Source: Paraspadella gotoi (Eukaryota; Animalia; Chaetognatha). Taken from it: a stretch of DNA of 64,000 bases. The position numbers were made by a program, and so were the translations under genes. The stretch spans positions 5,751,696 through 5,815,695 of the forward strand of contig CM119265.1 in NCBI GenBank assembly GCA_051294375.1, in the 5' to 3' direction. The notes beneath the pieces were generated by a model. It searched no databases. It saw only the letters and a list, made by a program, of their open reading frames with translations, and was not told the origin of the DNA. Positions 29,402 to 42,418 of the stretch are shown here, piece after piece. Every line of letters starts with the position of its first letter. The stretch's first letter is position 1.

Positions 29402-29895
29402 CAACGATTCCGAGTTGCAGTCCTGCATCAGCAGCGGCGCGTTCGTTGCCGAAAAGAAGCTCCGGATCCGGACTGATGGAATTTGGGCGTGACGCTTCCG
29501 ACGAATCCCGGCACCCATTTGCTGTTGTTGCTGCTGCTGCAGCTGCACGGCGGCGGGCAAGTTTCCGCGGAGGGCGAGTGTTGGCCGAGGGCGAGGCGGC
29601 GGACGGCGTCGACGCGGTCACGTGACCTCGCGCAGCAGCAGCGTGCCGACGTTGCCACGTCGCCGTAAAAGTGCTGCTGCTGTGGATGGTGATGCTGCGA
29701 TTGTTGCTGCTGTTGTTGCTGCTGCTGCTTGGCGTAATGCTGCCAGAGCACGTCGTCTCGTCCGTCGAGCGTCACGTGACCGGCGACGCGCGGGACGCCG
29801 ACGAGAGCGCCGCCAGAGATGTCGTCGTAATCGAGGGACGTCATGGCGGGGCGCCACGGGGAGAGGCGTGGCCGGTGCAGCGGAGGATGCCGCGT
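29402..29895 (-). CDS. Inverted copy 1 of the polyQ cytoplasmic exon (probably a mis-oriented contig)
   Basis: Reverse complement of 37538-38033 with both splice sites; ORF 29428..29844 shares MTSLDYDDISGG...QQQQQQQQQSQHHH. Confidence 0.55.
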
Positions 29896-30664
29896 CTGTG
29901 GTTCGGGTGAGGAAAAGGGAGGTTCGAGGTCATTAAATTGTTAACCGCTCTATAATTCGTGGCATTCGTATACAGCAGAGAACCAAATATTTTGTGACGA
30001 TGAAAGTCGTTTTATACACTCTAACCGTATTTGTCACCATAATTATGCACCATGCGTTCTATGGCATCATGGCTAAAGGAAAACATGTCTTATCAGTGTT
30101 TCAAAGCCTGTGATGCCATTTTACTTACCCATATCAACTCTGCAGGCTCCGTTGCCATAATTTTCAAATTCTAATCCCGTCCTAATGTCTCCTAATGTCG
30201 TTGTAGTCGTCGTCGTCGTCGTCGTTTTTGTCGTCGTCGTCGTCGTCACTACATTGTTTCTCGCCTCCTTCTCTCCCCTGCTCAACGGGACGCAAGATCT
30301 GCCTGTCAACGTCTTCGTGTTTTTCTCCGTCGCCCCACTAAATTATCTCCTTTTCTTCTCTTCTTCGTCTTTGTTTCTTTTTCGCTCGCGTCATCAGTTT
30401 TCTCCTTCGGCGCCCTCTATCTTCAAAAACGGGTACAGATATTTTTTCACCGGCCCGTCTCTCCTCTCTCTTTTTTTTGTGTGTGTGTGTGTGGTAAAAA
30501 AAGAGAAACAGCGCGGCCGTTCGATTGTTAAAAAAAAAGTAGATTTTCATGTAAAGTTGTCAAATTAACAGTTTGCAGGTTTCGCGCGTCTGCGAAGGGA
30601 GAGCAGCGAACGTGTAGGCGGCGGAGGGAAACCTTGAAGAAAATTTGCGCTCTCTCTCTCTCTC

Positions 30665-30732
<68 letters not shown>

Positions 30733-31202
30733 TCCTTCCCTCGCCGCTTAAAAACTGGAAAACTCCATGAAATTAAAACAGGTAGAAAGGTTTTGTTTTC
30801 GTCAAAAGAAAAGGTTCACCTTGCTACTCACAATTTCATCGTCTCACCTCACCAACTATGCTTCTTTACTAAATCCGCCATCTTGGATAAAACGTTATTT
30901 GCCCCCTACATGTAACTTCAATAAAGAAATCAGCCAATAGGAAAGAAGTTTCAGCCGTACGTGTTTTTTAACCAATCATAGAAAAAATAAAAAAGAAGCA
31001 GATGTTCAATCATTTTTTTTCATTCATAGTCGAACCCTGAAGCGGCTGAAGCGGCTGAGCGGCTGAGCGCTCGAAACCTCTAAACTCCAAGTTTAATGAA
31101 AAAGTTATGAAACGAGATTATTTTAATTTTCTTTGCGTTGGCGTTTGAAAGTCGGAAAATCAGAGGATCGAGAAGTTTGAACTTCGATGGAACAGCGAAG
31201 AG

Positions 31203-31221
31203 AGTTAGTTAGTTAGTTAGT

Positions 31222-31260
<39 letters not shown>

Positions 31261-31320
31261 TTAGTTAGTTAGTTATAGTATTCATCTAGTATGTAGTTAG
31301 TTACTTAGTTAGTTAGTTAG
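31203..31320 (+). repeat. (TTAG)n microsatellite
   Basis: Read directly; 4-mer, not a TTAGG telomeric unit. Confidence 0.95.
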
Positions 31321-33474
31321 CGTTCATGAAGAATCAAATCAATCGCTCCGTTCATCTATTGAGGACACACCGGGAAAATAGGTTTTAAATATAATGGGCA
31401 TATAATGGGCAAGAAAAATTGGACCTTAGGAAAAAAAACTTAATTTTAATTATTTCAACTAATATGTACTACACAATCTTAAGAAATATTTAAAATTAAA
31501 CGATGAACATTTTAAGAAATTATTTGAGTCCCTCATTAAGGCTCAATGCTTGATGTGACACGCTAAAAAATATTAATTGGAGAGACAGAAAGAGAAAGAA
31601 TAACGAAATACTATTATTATACTTTGGAATAATAATACGAATTTTTATATTACAATAACGAATTGGGATAGAAAGAAAAGTTGATTAACTGGTTGACTCA
31701 CTACGTGCGTCATATTCTAAAGAAAAGTGTTTCATTAAAATAAGGAAAAAAAAAATATCGGTAAAATATTTTTCTACTTTTTTTTTTTTGATAACGCGCT
31801 TTCCACTTTTTTTTTCTCCGATATGATCGAAAGCCCGGCTGTCACATGACTGAGAGAGAGAGGAGAAGAGAGAGAGAGATGAGAGAGAGAGAGAGAAGAG
31901 AGAGAGAGAAGAGAGAGAGAGGAGAGAGAGGGCAGGTGGAGGATAGAAGCGGAGGCTTCGGTCGGTCCGCGCGACGCGAGAGGGACTGCCAATATTGATC
32001 AAAGGCGCAAAGGTTGCAAGGGACGCGCAGGGGGATTTATGAGGGCGGGAGAGATATTGGATTAGGAACGGGAAAGAAGGTGACGGCGGTGGCGGCGTGG
32101 CGGCGAGTTGGTAGGGATGTTGGCGTTGGGCGTGGAGGAAAACGCGGCTCTCCAGATAGAATTATCGGACAAAGGCGGAAGAGCTGGAGTCGTTGCTGCT
32201 TATCATATAAACGAAATCGAGTTCCGTATCTAAAAATCGCATAATTGCGTATCTCGGGTAATAATTCATAATTGCATAGCGCTATTACCCAGTTAACCCC
32301 AACGGTCTCCAGCGAGGTCGCATTAAAATATGCCGAAGTAAAAATGAAAGACGAGGAGCCATTGCCATACTCCGCTAAGCCGGACTTGGAAAGATTAAGG
32401 GGAGTGGGGAGGTGAGTAAAAGGTCATCCTGCGAGACCGGGAGATCCCGAGCCGGAGGTTAAAAAATTCATTATTTCTTACGAGGAAAGGAAATGAATGA
32501 ACGAGGCCATGGAGCGCGGAGTGAAAACGTTTATTTGACAGCTAGGGAAGGGGAGGTGCGCGGGGAGGTGGGAAGTGAGAACTTTTGTGACAGAGTTACC
32601 ACCCGGTGATTGGATAGAAATTATTCGATTGCCGAGAGAGGCAGTGACAAGTGACGCATTGACAAACAAGCTGCGGATGTCTTTTTCCAATCGGTTAAGA
32701 TTCTATTTTTTATAATAAGATTTTCTTAACCTAAAAAGTATTATAGTATTTACTCTGTATTTACCGAATTAGGCACTAAAACACTTTTGACAATCGACTG
32801 AATAGTTAAGGCGGCAATTTAAGAGTTAAAAGAATCACACGTCTCGACCGTAAACAGAGGGGTTGGCGGCAGTGGCGGCCGTGGCGGGGAATGAAAGAAG
32901 TGGGTCGGAATTGAATGGAGGCTGAACCCACATTTTAATCTTACTTTTTTTTTCTTTCTCTCTTTTTCTTGTTTTCCTTTTAATGGAAGAAGGGAGAGAA
33001 ATGGAGGTCGGCGCAGAAACTGAGCGCGGAAGGAAAAGGAAAAGGAGATGAGACGAGGAAAAAGGAAAAAGAAAAGTAAAAGGAAAGCAAGAAGGAAGAC
33101 CTAGATTCTTACATTTTTTTACCTTCTATTTTGATGAGAGAGAGAGAGGAGAGAGAGAGGAGAGAGAGAGAAGACGAGAAAGGAGAGATGAAGAGAGACG
33201 TCTATTCCCCCGCTTCGACCCTGATGATGCCATAGGCTGAAAAAAAAGATTGAGTGAAATTCAAAGTCCACCTGATTCCTGTTTCACGAGGCCGATGGAT
33301 TTAGAATAAAGCTTTTCGTATTTATATATATTTTTCGATGAAAAGAAGAGAGAGAGAGAGAGAATAAAGAGGAGAGAGAGAGAGAAGAAAAAGATAGAGG
33401 AAGAAATAAATGGAGAAGTTTTATTTTTATTTCCGTTTTTATCGTCGACTCTTTTAAGCGACGCGTCCTTTTTT

Positions 33475-33520
33475 CCGCCTCGATTGTAGCGACAAGGGAA
33501 ACCGGTTATGTGATCGGCCC

Positions 33521-33594
<74 letters not shown>

Positions 33595-33776
33595 TCTCTC
33601 TCGTCTCTCTACTCTTTCGCACACACATTCCCCACCCTCTTTATGACCGAACTACGATCTCACGTCGCGTCGGCCGAGATCAAATGCTTTCACGACTCTG
33701 CTTTATTTTCACGAAAATTTTTAATATCCGAGCCGAAAATTCAATTTCAATTTTTTTTCCGAGGGGGGGGGAAATG
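33475..33776. other. ~302-bp segment present in both orientations relative to flanks A and B
   Basis: Reverse between A and B at 42174-42481; forward next to B at 33776/33777; forward next to A at 20571; bounded by T6-8 and A6-7 tracts. Confidence 0.75.
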
Positions 33777-33873
33777 AAAAAAAGGACGCGTCGCTTAAAA
33801 GAGTCGACGATAAAAACGGAAATAAAAATAAAACTTCTCCATTTATTTCTTCCTCTATCTTTTTCTTTCTCTC

Positions 33874-33908
<35 letters not shown>

Positions 33909-35418
33909 TCCTTTTCATCGAAAAATATATATAAATACGAAAAGCTTTATTCTAAATCCCATCGGCCTCGTGAAATAAGGGAATCAGGTGGACTTTGATT
34001 TCACTCAATCTCTTTTTCAGCCTATGGCAATCATCAGGGCTCCGAAGCGGNNNNNNNNNNNNNNNNNNNNNNNNNNNNNNNNNNNNNNNNNNNNNNNNNN
34101 NNNNNNNNNNNNNNNNNNNNNNNNNNNNNNNNNNNNNNNNNNNNNNNNNNNNNNNNNNNNNNNNNNNNNNNNNNNNNNNNNNNNNNNNNNNNNNNNNNNN
34201 NNNNNNNNNNNNNNNNNNNNNNNNNNNNNNNNNNNNNNNNNNNNNNNNNNNNNNCCTTCTTGCTTTCCTTTTACTTTTTCTTTTCCTTTTTTCCTCGTCT
34301 CATCTCCTTTTTCCTTTTTCCTTCCGCTCAGTTCTGCGCCGACCTCCATTTCTCTCCCTTCTTCCATTAAAAGGAAAACAAGAAAAGAGAGAAAGAAAAA
34401 AAAAGTAAAGATTAAAATGTGGGTTCAGCCTCCATTCACATTCCGACCCACTTCTCTTTCATTCCCCGCCACGGCCGCCACTGCCGCCACGCCCTCTGTT
34501 TACGTCGAGACGTGTGATTCTTTAACTCTTAAATTGCCGCCTTAACTATTCAGTCGATTGTCAAAAGTGTTTTAGTGCCTAATTCGGTAAATACAGAGTA
34601 AATACTATAATACTTTTTAGGTTAAGAAAATCTTATTATAAAGAAATAGAATCTAACCGATTGGAAAAAGACATCCGAGCTTGTTTGTCAATTGCGTCAC
34701 TTGTCACTCCTCCCTCTCTCGCCAATCGAATAATTCTATCCAATCACCCGGTGTACTCTCTCACACCAAAAGTCTCACCCTTCCCCTCCCCGCCACCATC
34801 CCCTTCCCTAGCGTCAAATAAACGTTTTCCATCCCGCGCTCCATGGCCTCGTTCATTCATTTCCTTCCTCGTAAGAAATAATGAATTTTTTAACCTCCGG
34901 CTCGGGATCTCCCGGTCTCGCAGGATGACTTTTACTCACCTCCCCACTCCCCTTATCTTTTCCAAGTCCCGGCTTAGCGGAGTATGGCAATGGCTCCTCG
35001 TCTTTCATTTTTACTTCGGCATATTTTAATGCGACTCGCTGGAGACCGTTGGGTAACTGGGGTATATGCGCTATGCAATTATGAATTATTACCCGAGATA
35101 CGCAATTATGCGATTTTTAGATACGGAACTCGATTTCGTTTATATGATAAGCAGCAACGACTCCAGCTCTTCCGCCTTTGTCCGATAATTCTATCTGAGA
35201 GCCGCGTTTCCTCCACGCCCAACGCCAACATCCCCCTACCAACCTCGCCGCCACCGCCGCCACCGCCGTCACCTTCTTTCCCGTTCCTAATCCAATATCT
35301 CTCCCGCCCTCATAAAATCCCCCTCGCGCGTCCCTTGCAACCTTTGCGCCTTTGATCAATATTGGCAGTCCCCTCGCGTCGCGCGGGACGACCGAAGCCT
35401 CCGCTTCTATCCTCCCAC

Positions 35419-35454
<36 letters not shown>

Positions 35455-36154
35455 NNNNNNNNNNNNNNNNNNNNNNNNNNNNNNNNNNNNNNNNNNNNNN
35501 NNNNNNNNNNNNNNNNNNNNNNNNNNNNNNNNNNNNNNNNNNNNNNNNNNNNNNNNNNNNNNNNNNNNNNNNNNNNNNNNNNNNNNNNNNNNNNNNNNNN
35601 NNNNNNNNNNNNNNNNNNAAAAAAAAGTGGAAAAGGCGCGTTATCAAAAAAAAAAAAGTAGAAAAATATTTTACCGATATTTTTTCTTTCCTTATTTAAT
35701 GAAACACTTTTCTTTAGAAATATGACGCACGTAGTGAGTCAACCAGCTTATCAACTTATCTTTCTATCCCAATCTCGTTATTGTAATATAAAATTCGTAT
35801 TATTATTCCAAAAGTAATAATAAATAGTATTTCGTTATTCTTTCTCTTTCTGTCTCTCCAATTCAATATTTTTTAGGCGTGCCACAATCAAGCATTGAGC
35901 CTCAATGAGGGACTCAAATAATTTCTTAAAATGTTCAATCGTTTAATTTTAAATATTTTCTTAAAGATTGTGTAGTACATATTAGTTGATAATTAAAATT
36001 AAGTTTTTCTTTCCTAAGGGTCCAATTTTTCTTGCCCATTATATGCCCATTATATTTAAAACCTATTTTCCGGTGTGTCCTCAATAGATGAACGGAGCGA
36101 TTGATTGATTCTTCATGAACGCTAACTAACTAACTAAGTAACTAACTAACTAAG

Positions 36155-36219
<65 letters not shown>

Positions 36220-36734
36220 CTCTTCCTGTTCCATCGAAGTTCAAACTTCTCGATCCTCTGATTTTCCGACTTTCAAACGCCAACGCAAAGAAAATTCAAA
36301 TAATCTCGTTTCATAACTTTTCATTAACTTGGAGTTTAGAGGTTCGAGCGCTTCAGCCGCTTCAGCCGCTTCAGCCGCTTCAGGGTTCGACTATGAATGA
36401 AAAAAAAATGATTGAACATCTGCTTCTTTTTTTATTTTTTCTATGATTGGTTAAAAAACACGTACGGCTGAAACTTCTTTCCCTATTGGCTGATTTCTTT
36501 ATTGAAGTTACATGTAGGGGGCAAATAACGTTTTATCCAAGATGGCGGATTTAGTAAAGAAAGCATAGTTGGTGAGGTGAGACGATGAAAATTGTGAGTA
36601 GCAAGGTGAACCTTTTCTTTTGACGAAAACAAAACCTTTTCTACCTGTTTTAATTTCATGGAGTTTTCCAGTTTTTAAGCGGCGAAGGGAAGGAATAGAG
36701 AGAGAGAGAGAAGAGAGAGAGGAGAGAGAGAGAG

Positions 36735-36782
<48 letters not shown>

Positions 36783-37537
36783 CGCAAATTTTCTTCAAGG
36801 TTTCCCCTCCGCCGCCTACACGTTCGCTGCTCCCTTCGCAGACGCGCGAAACCTGCAAACTGTTTTAATGACAACATTTACATGAAAATCTACTTTTTTT
36901 TTAACAATCGAACGCGCGCCGCTGTTTCTCTTTTTTACACACACACACACACAAAACAAAGAGAGAGAGAGAGACGGGCCGGTGAAAAAATATCTGTACC
37001 CGTTTTTGAAGATAGAGGGCGCCGAAGGAGAAAACTGATGACGCGAGCGAAAAAGAAACAAAAGACGAAGAAGAGAAGAAAAGGAGATAATTTAGTGGGC
37101 GACGGAGAAAAACACGAAGACGTTGACAGGCAGATCTTGCGTCCCGTTGAGCAGGGGAGAAGAAGGAGGGCGAGAAACAATGTAGTGACGACGACGACGA
37201 CGACAAAAACGACGACGACGACGACGACTACAACGACATTAGGAGACATTAGGACGGATTAGAATTTGAAAATTATGGCAACGGAGCCTGCAGAGTTGAT
37301 ATGGGTAAGTAAAATGGCATCACAGGCTTTGAAACACTGATAAGACATGTTTTCCTTTAGCCATGATGCCATAGAACGCATGGTGCATAATTATGGTGAC
37401 AAATACGGTTAGAGTGTATAAAACGACTTTCATCGTCACAAAATATTTGGTTCTCTGCTGTATACGAATGCCACGAATTATAGAGCGGTTAACAATTTAA
37501 TGACCTCGAACCTCCCTTTTCCTCACCCGAACCACAG

Positions 37538-38033
37538 ACGCGGCATCCTCCGCTGCACCGGCCACGCCTCTCCCCGTGGCGCCGCCATGACGTCCCTCGA
37601 TTACGACGACATCTCTGGCGGCGCTCTCGTCGGCGTCCCGCGCGTCGCCGGTCACGTGACGCTCGACGGACGAGACGACGTGCTCTGGCAGCATTACGCC
37701 AAGCAGCAGCAGCAACAACAGCAGCAACAATCGCAGCATCACCATCACCAGCAGCAGCACTTTTACGGCGACGCTGGCAACGTCGGCACGCTGCTGCTGC
37801 GCGGAGGTCACGTGACCGCGTCGACGCCGTCCGCCGCCTCCGCCCTCGGCCAACACTCGCCCTCCGCGGAGAACTTGCCCGCCGCCGTGCAGCTGCAGCA
37901 GCAGCAACAACAGCAAATGGGGTTGCCGGGATTCGTCGGAAGCGTCACGCCCAAATTCCATCAGTCGGATCCGGAGCTTCTTTTCGGCAACGACGCGCCG
38001 CTGCTGATGCAGGACTGCAACTCGGAATCGTTG
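37538..38033 (+). CDS. Coding exon, low-complexity cytoplasmic tail with polyQ/His tracts (copy 2 of 3)
   Basis: CCCTTTTCCTCACCCGAACCACAG acceptor, TTG|GTGAGT donor; GC-rich; core MTSLDYDDISGGALVGVPRVAGHVTLDGRDDVLWQHYAKQQQQQQQQQSQHHH is shared with the minus copy. Same strand as the TM exon. The copies differ by indels, so the exact protein is uncertain. Confidence 0.7.
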
Positions 38034-38518
38034 GTGAGTAGTAGCACTCGTGTTGCGTTGTTCAATGTTCATTCGTTGCTTCGTTAATTCCTTCGTTTAT
38101 TCCTTCGTTCATTCATTCATTCATTTTTTTTTTTACTCATTCTTTATGAAATCCAATACACACTCTCTCTCGCTCGCGATCTGGAAAACTGTAAAAACGG
38201 GACAACGCAATATTATAAAATCCGCAGCGTTTGATTTTAAAATTTCCAACCGTCGGCACGTGTAAGCTGCTGGAATAAGAATCACGCGACGCCGATTCCT
38301 TTCTTCTCTACATCGATCCTCCTTTCCTCCTTTCCTCCTTTCCTCCTTTCTTCCTTTCCTCCTTTCCTCCTTTCCTCCTTTCTTCCTTCCCTCTCTTCCC
38401 TCAGTCCCCTCTCTGTCTCTATCAAAGTCTTTCCAAGATTGTTTCCATCTCGGTTCTCGAAGATTCCACTTCGTCCTTTCGACGATTTTGACTTGCAAAT
38501 GAGACGCGCCGGATGTAA

Positions 38519-38588
38519 GGCCGTGACGTCGGCCGTGGCAGCGGCCGTGACGTCGGCCGTGGCAGCGGCCGTGACGTCGGCCGTGGCG
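38519..38588 (+). repeat. GC-rich 24-bp tandem repeat GGCCGTGACGTCGGCCGTGGCAGC
   Basis: About 2.8 copies; mirrored at ~28855-28922 and ~47144-47210. Confidence 0.85.
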
Positions 38589-39817
38589 TCCGTCCTTGCG
38601 TCACCCGTTCTCCCCCTTCATTTTTTTACGTCATCGGGGGGGGGGCGCGTTTAAAAATCGAATCTTAGTCGTCAAAAGACGCAATCACTGTTAAACGTGA
38701 CGTTTAACGTTTTACTTTCTTTTTCTCATGATCATGGAGGAAAAATTAATCGCAGCTCGCGCCTTTGTTTCAAACAATTGAGTTCTAAAAAGTTATAAAT
38801 CTGTTTATTATTACATATAAAATATTCTAATACTAAAACATTTGATCTAGCGAACTAGTGAACGAATACTTTCAATTTTTTTTCCATTCATTTTTAAGTA
38901 AAACAAAGTGGATCCGATTTAATGAATAACGTATTTTACAGCTTGTCGAAATCCAAGTCACGGGGCCTGTGGGTAAGACGTTCACGAACTCGATCTTTGT
39001 CGCTGTGAAAAATTAATCACAACCGAAAGGAAGAACAACCGAGTTCTTCGTTGTCGTTTTCGTCGTCTTCGTCGTCTTCGTCGTCGTCATCTTTTCTCCT
39101 TCCCAGTCGCCCCCTAGCGGGGAGTCCCGGCCTTAACGAGTGTATTAATAAACAAAAGGCCGAGGGGCGGAAGTTCGCTTTCGCTTTGGTAATGAAGACG
39201 CTCATTCATCAAGTCGAAAGGGGGGGGGGGAAGGAAAGACCTGTTCATCAGCTGGTCGGCGGACGGAAAGGAAAATTGGTTGGATAATTAGATGGAGACC
39301 GAGGAGATTGTAAAGACATTGTAAAGAGATTGTAAAGACATTGTAAAGAGATTGTAAAGAGATTGTAAAGACATTATAAATGATTACGAAGTCTTTCCCT
39401 CAATGCTCATGGCGAAATAAACGTCTCATCATTTTTCCGTCTCTCTTTTTCAATTAGTAACTACGCCAATCGCACCATTAACGGGAATGAAGCCGTCCTC
39501 GCAATCAACGCCACTAGCGTCATGGACGCCATGGCATCTGTATCATTCGCGTTATTGTTTCGTTCATTGATGCCATTGATGCCACTCGCCGCACCGTTGA
39601 TTCCATCTATACCACTCGCGCCAATGCCACAGCTAGTAGCACAGATGCCATTCGCGCCACTGGTTCCTTCGATCGATTCTCTCACAGATTCGCGCCACCA
39701 GAGTCCAGGCCCAGAGTTTGAGTGGCAGATGTTATAATGAGATTCCAGCCCCGTGATTCTCTCTGCCTTTATGGTGAATGCGACTGTGGTCAAGATAGAG
39801 CAAAGAGGGGGGGGGTA

Positions 39818-39906
<89 letters not shown>

Positions 39907-40232
39907 CGTTAGAGTCTGAGGAAGAGAATTAAAATACATAGGGAAAGAGAGAGAGTGAGAGCCGCCGGAAAGAACTCGATTTATTTAATGTTTTAAAACT
40001 TTAATTTAGGATAAAAACAAAAAATAGAAAAAAAATAATGAAAAACTAAAAAAAAACGAAGAAGATTATACTATCGTCTTTTTCTTCTTGGGTTCGCAAA
40101 CTCCTCATGAGCAAATTGAAACCTAGTTGGCGATTGGAAAGCCACAAAAAAATCTGGTGAGGAGAAATTGAGAAATATGGAAGGGAGAGAATGAGGCAGG
40201 AGGGATAGAGGAGAGAGAGAGAAAGAGAGATA

Positions 40233-40309
<77 letters not shown>

Positions 40310-42383
40310 GAGGAAGGGCAGAATAGCGAAAGGGAAAAAAATAAGGGAAAGAGAGAGGAAAACAGAGAGAAAAATGAATAAAGAGAGAGAAAAAAAGAGA
40401 CAAAGGGGAAAAACAGGAAAAGAGAGACGAGAAGAGAATCGTGGTGAAAAAAAAAAAAAAGAGTTGAGCTCGCATCATCGATCGCCGGTTTCTGCCTCAG
40501 AGTCCACAGCCGCGTTAACTGCTCCCGCGGTCTCCAAAAGTCTCCATGGTGATGGCCATGTAAGAGAGAAGAATTCTTCCTTATTTTCTCCTCCCCATCA
40601 ATCTCTTTTTTTATCCTTCCCATTCTCACCCTCATTTCTCGTCTTTCTCCTATTTTTCTCCCTTTAACTATTTCAACTGTTTAATCTCTTGACTTCCTTT
40701 CCGTCTTCTCTTTTTAATTCTTTAAATTTAATTCCTTTAGTTTTTTTATTAGTTTTGTTTTCATTTGTTCTTCTTCTGTTCAATACTTTTTTAAATCATT
40801 TTTTTTTTCGTCCGCAATCTTTTCAACTATATCATTTCTTAAATAATGTTTCAATTTGTGGTAATGGATGCTCGATAATTCACAAAAAGGTTTATCACGA
40901 CTATACACTGGATTCTCGCCAGTTTTTAAAAGTCCATATTTCTAAACTCATTCCCCCCCGCCCGCCACAAATTAAAACTCAGAAAAGTACATCATCTTTG
41001 CTTTGACCTCCAGCAGAGTTCGTGAACTCTCATTACTCACTTGGGTCATCCGCCCAACCCCGTGAGATTCTCTTATCGTTGCGAAGAATACTTTTCCCGC
41101 AAAGGATTAATGCCACCCTTCGATCCTTTTCGGTCTCATGATAGTTGTCCTTCGTCTTTGTCGTCGTCAATCGTCGTCACTGTCGTCGTCGTCGTCGTCA
41201 TCGCGCAGATCGTAAGCGTTTTCCGAATAAGCACTCGGTACAGTAAACCCTCGGGAGCCGCGCAAACGCCTCGAGGGCAACTTCTTGACGACTGTGACGA
41301 ATGACGACGCAGACCACTTTTAAAACGAACGACGACGGAACGACGACGACGACGACAAAAGAAAATCCGATTCAAAAATCATGCATGGATAAGGTGTCCT
41401 TCAAACCTAAAACGTCAAGGGTGAAAGCGCGAGGTTTATTACTTCACCCCCCCTCCCTGGTTCCACTCTCTTGGCTGCTTTGTTGCTGCTTGATTCGACT
41501 GGCTTGGTTCGACATCTTTGTTTCGGCAGTTTTGTTCGGTCTGCTTGTTCGGGCAGTTTGATTCGGTTGTTTTGTTCGGCTGCCTTGGATTCGGGGCGGC
41601 TTGATATGACTGCTTGGTTCGTTAGTTTTGTTTCTGCTGTTTTGGTTCGGGCGGGCCGCTTGATTCAGACCTGATAGGTTCGGGCAGCTTTGTTTCGGTT
41701 GTTTTTGTTAGGCTCTTGATTCGAACTACTTGGTTCGGAGCTTTGGTTTCGGGGCAGTTTTTATTCGGCTGCTTGAATTCGATTGCTTGGTTCGCGCCAG
41801 CTTTGTTTCGGCTGTTTTGTTCGGCTTCTTTGTGTCGGTCTGTTTTTATTACATACTTTTGTTCCTTTAAATTTTGGGGTGCAGAATTTTTTGAAGGGGA
41901 AGCTTTTTCGGTGGTAGGTTTTTTCTGGGCTCCGTTTATTTAATTTAAAAACTTTCTTTTTTTCTTTTTTTTTTCCGCTTTTTCGCTTTTATCTCTCTTC
42001 CCAATTTTTACTTTTCTTTTTAACTTTGCAAAAAATCTAAATATTATGAACAATAAATCCCGCGCATCGCCCCATCCGCTCACCCATTTTTCAAGAAAAC
42101 AAATTTTAGAGATTATAAACTCGACCCCCGTAGAATCACCTCATGTACTAAAAGGTCTTTCAATGTTTTTTTTCATTTCCCCCCCCCTCGGGGAAAAAAA
42201 ATTGAAATTGAATTTTCGGCTCGGATATTAAAAATTTTCGTGAAAATAATACAGAGTCGTGAAAGCTTTGATCTCAGGCCGACGCGCGTGAGATCGTAGT
42301 TCGGTCATAAAGACGGGTGGGGAATGTGTGTGCCGAATAGAGAGAGAGACGAGAGAGAAGAGAGAGGAGAAGAGAGGAGAGAG

Positions 42384-42418
<35 letters not shown>

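Larger units (their letters stand above)
24268..33474 (-). repeat. Block B (~9.2 kb), with reverse-complement copies at 33777-~40560 (partial), 42482-51768 and ~52765-54537 (partial)
   Basis: Continuous reverse-complement match through unique sequence, the polyQ exon and microsatellites, e.g. (TAGT)n 31203-31320 vs (TAAC)n 36122-36218 and ~44657-44840. Confidence 0.95.

Noticed and set aside
31203-31320. Interstitial telomere
   Set aside because: The unit is TTAG, not TTAGG, TTAGGG or TTAGGC.
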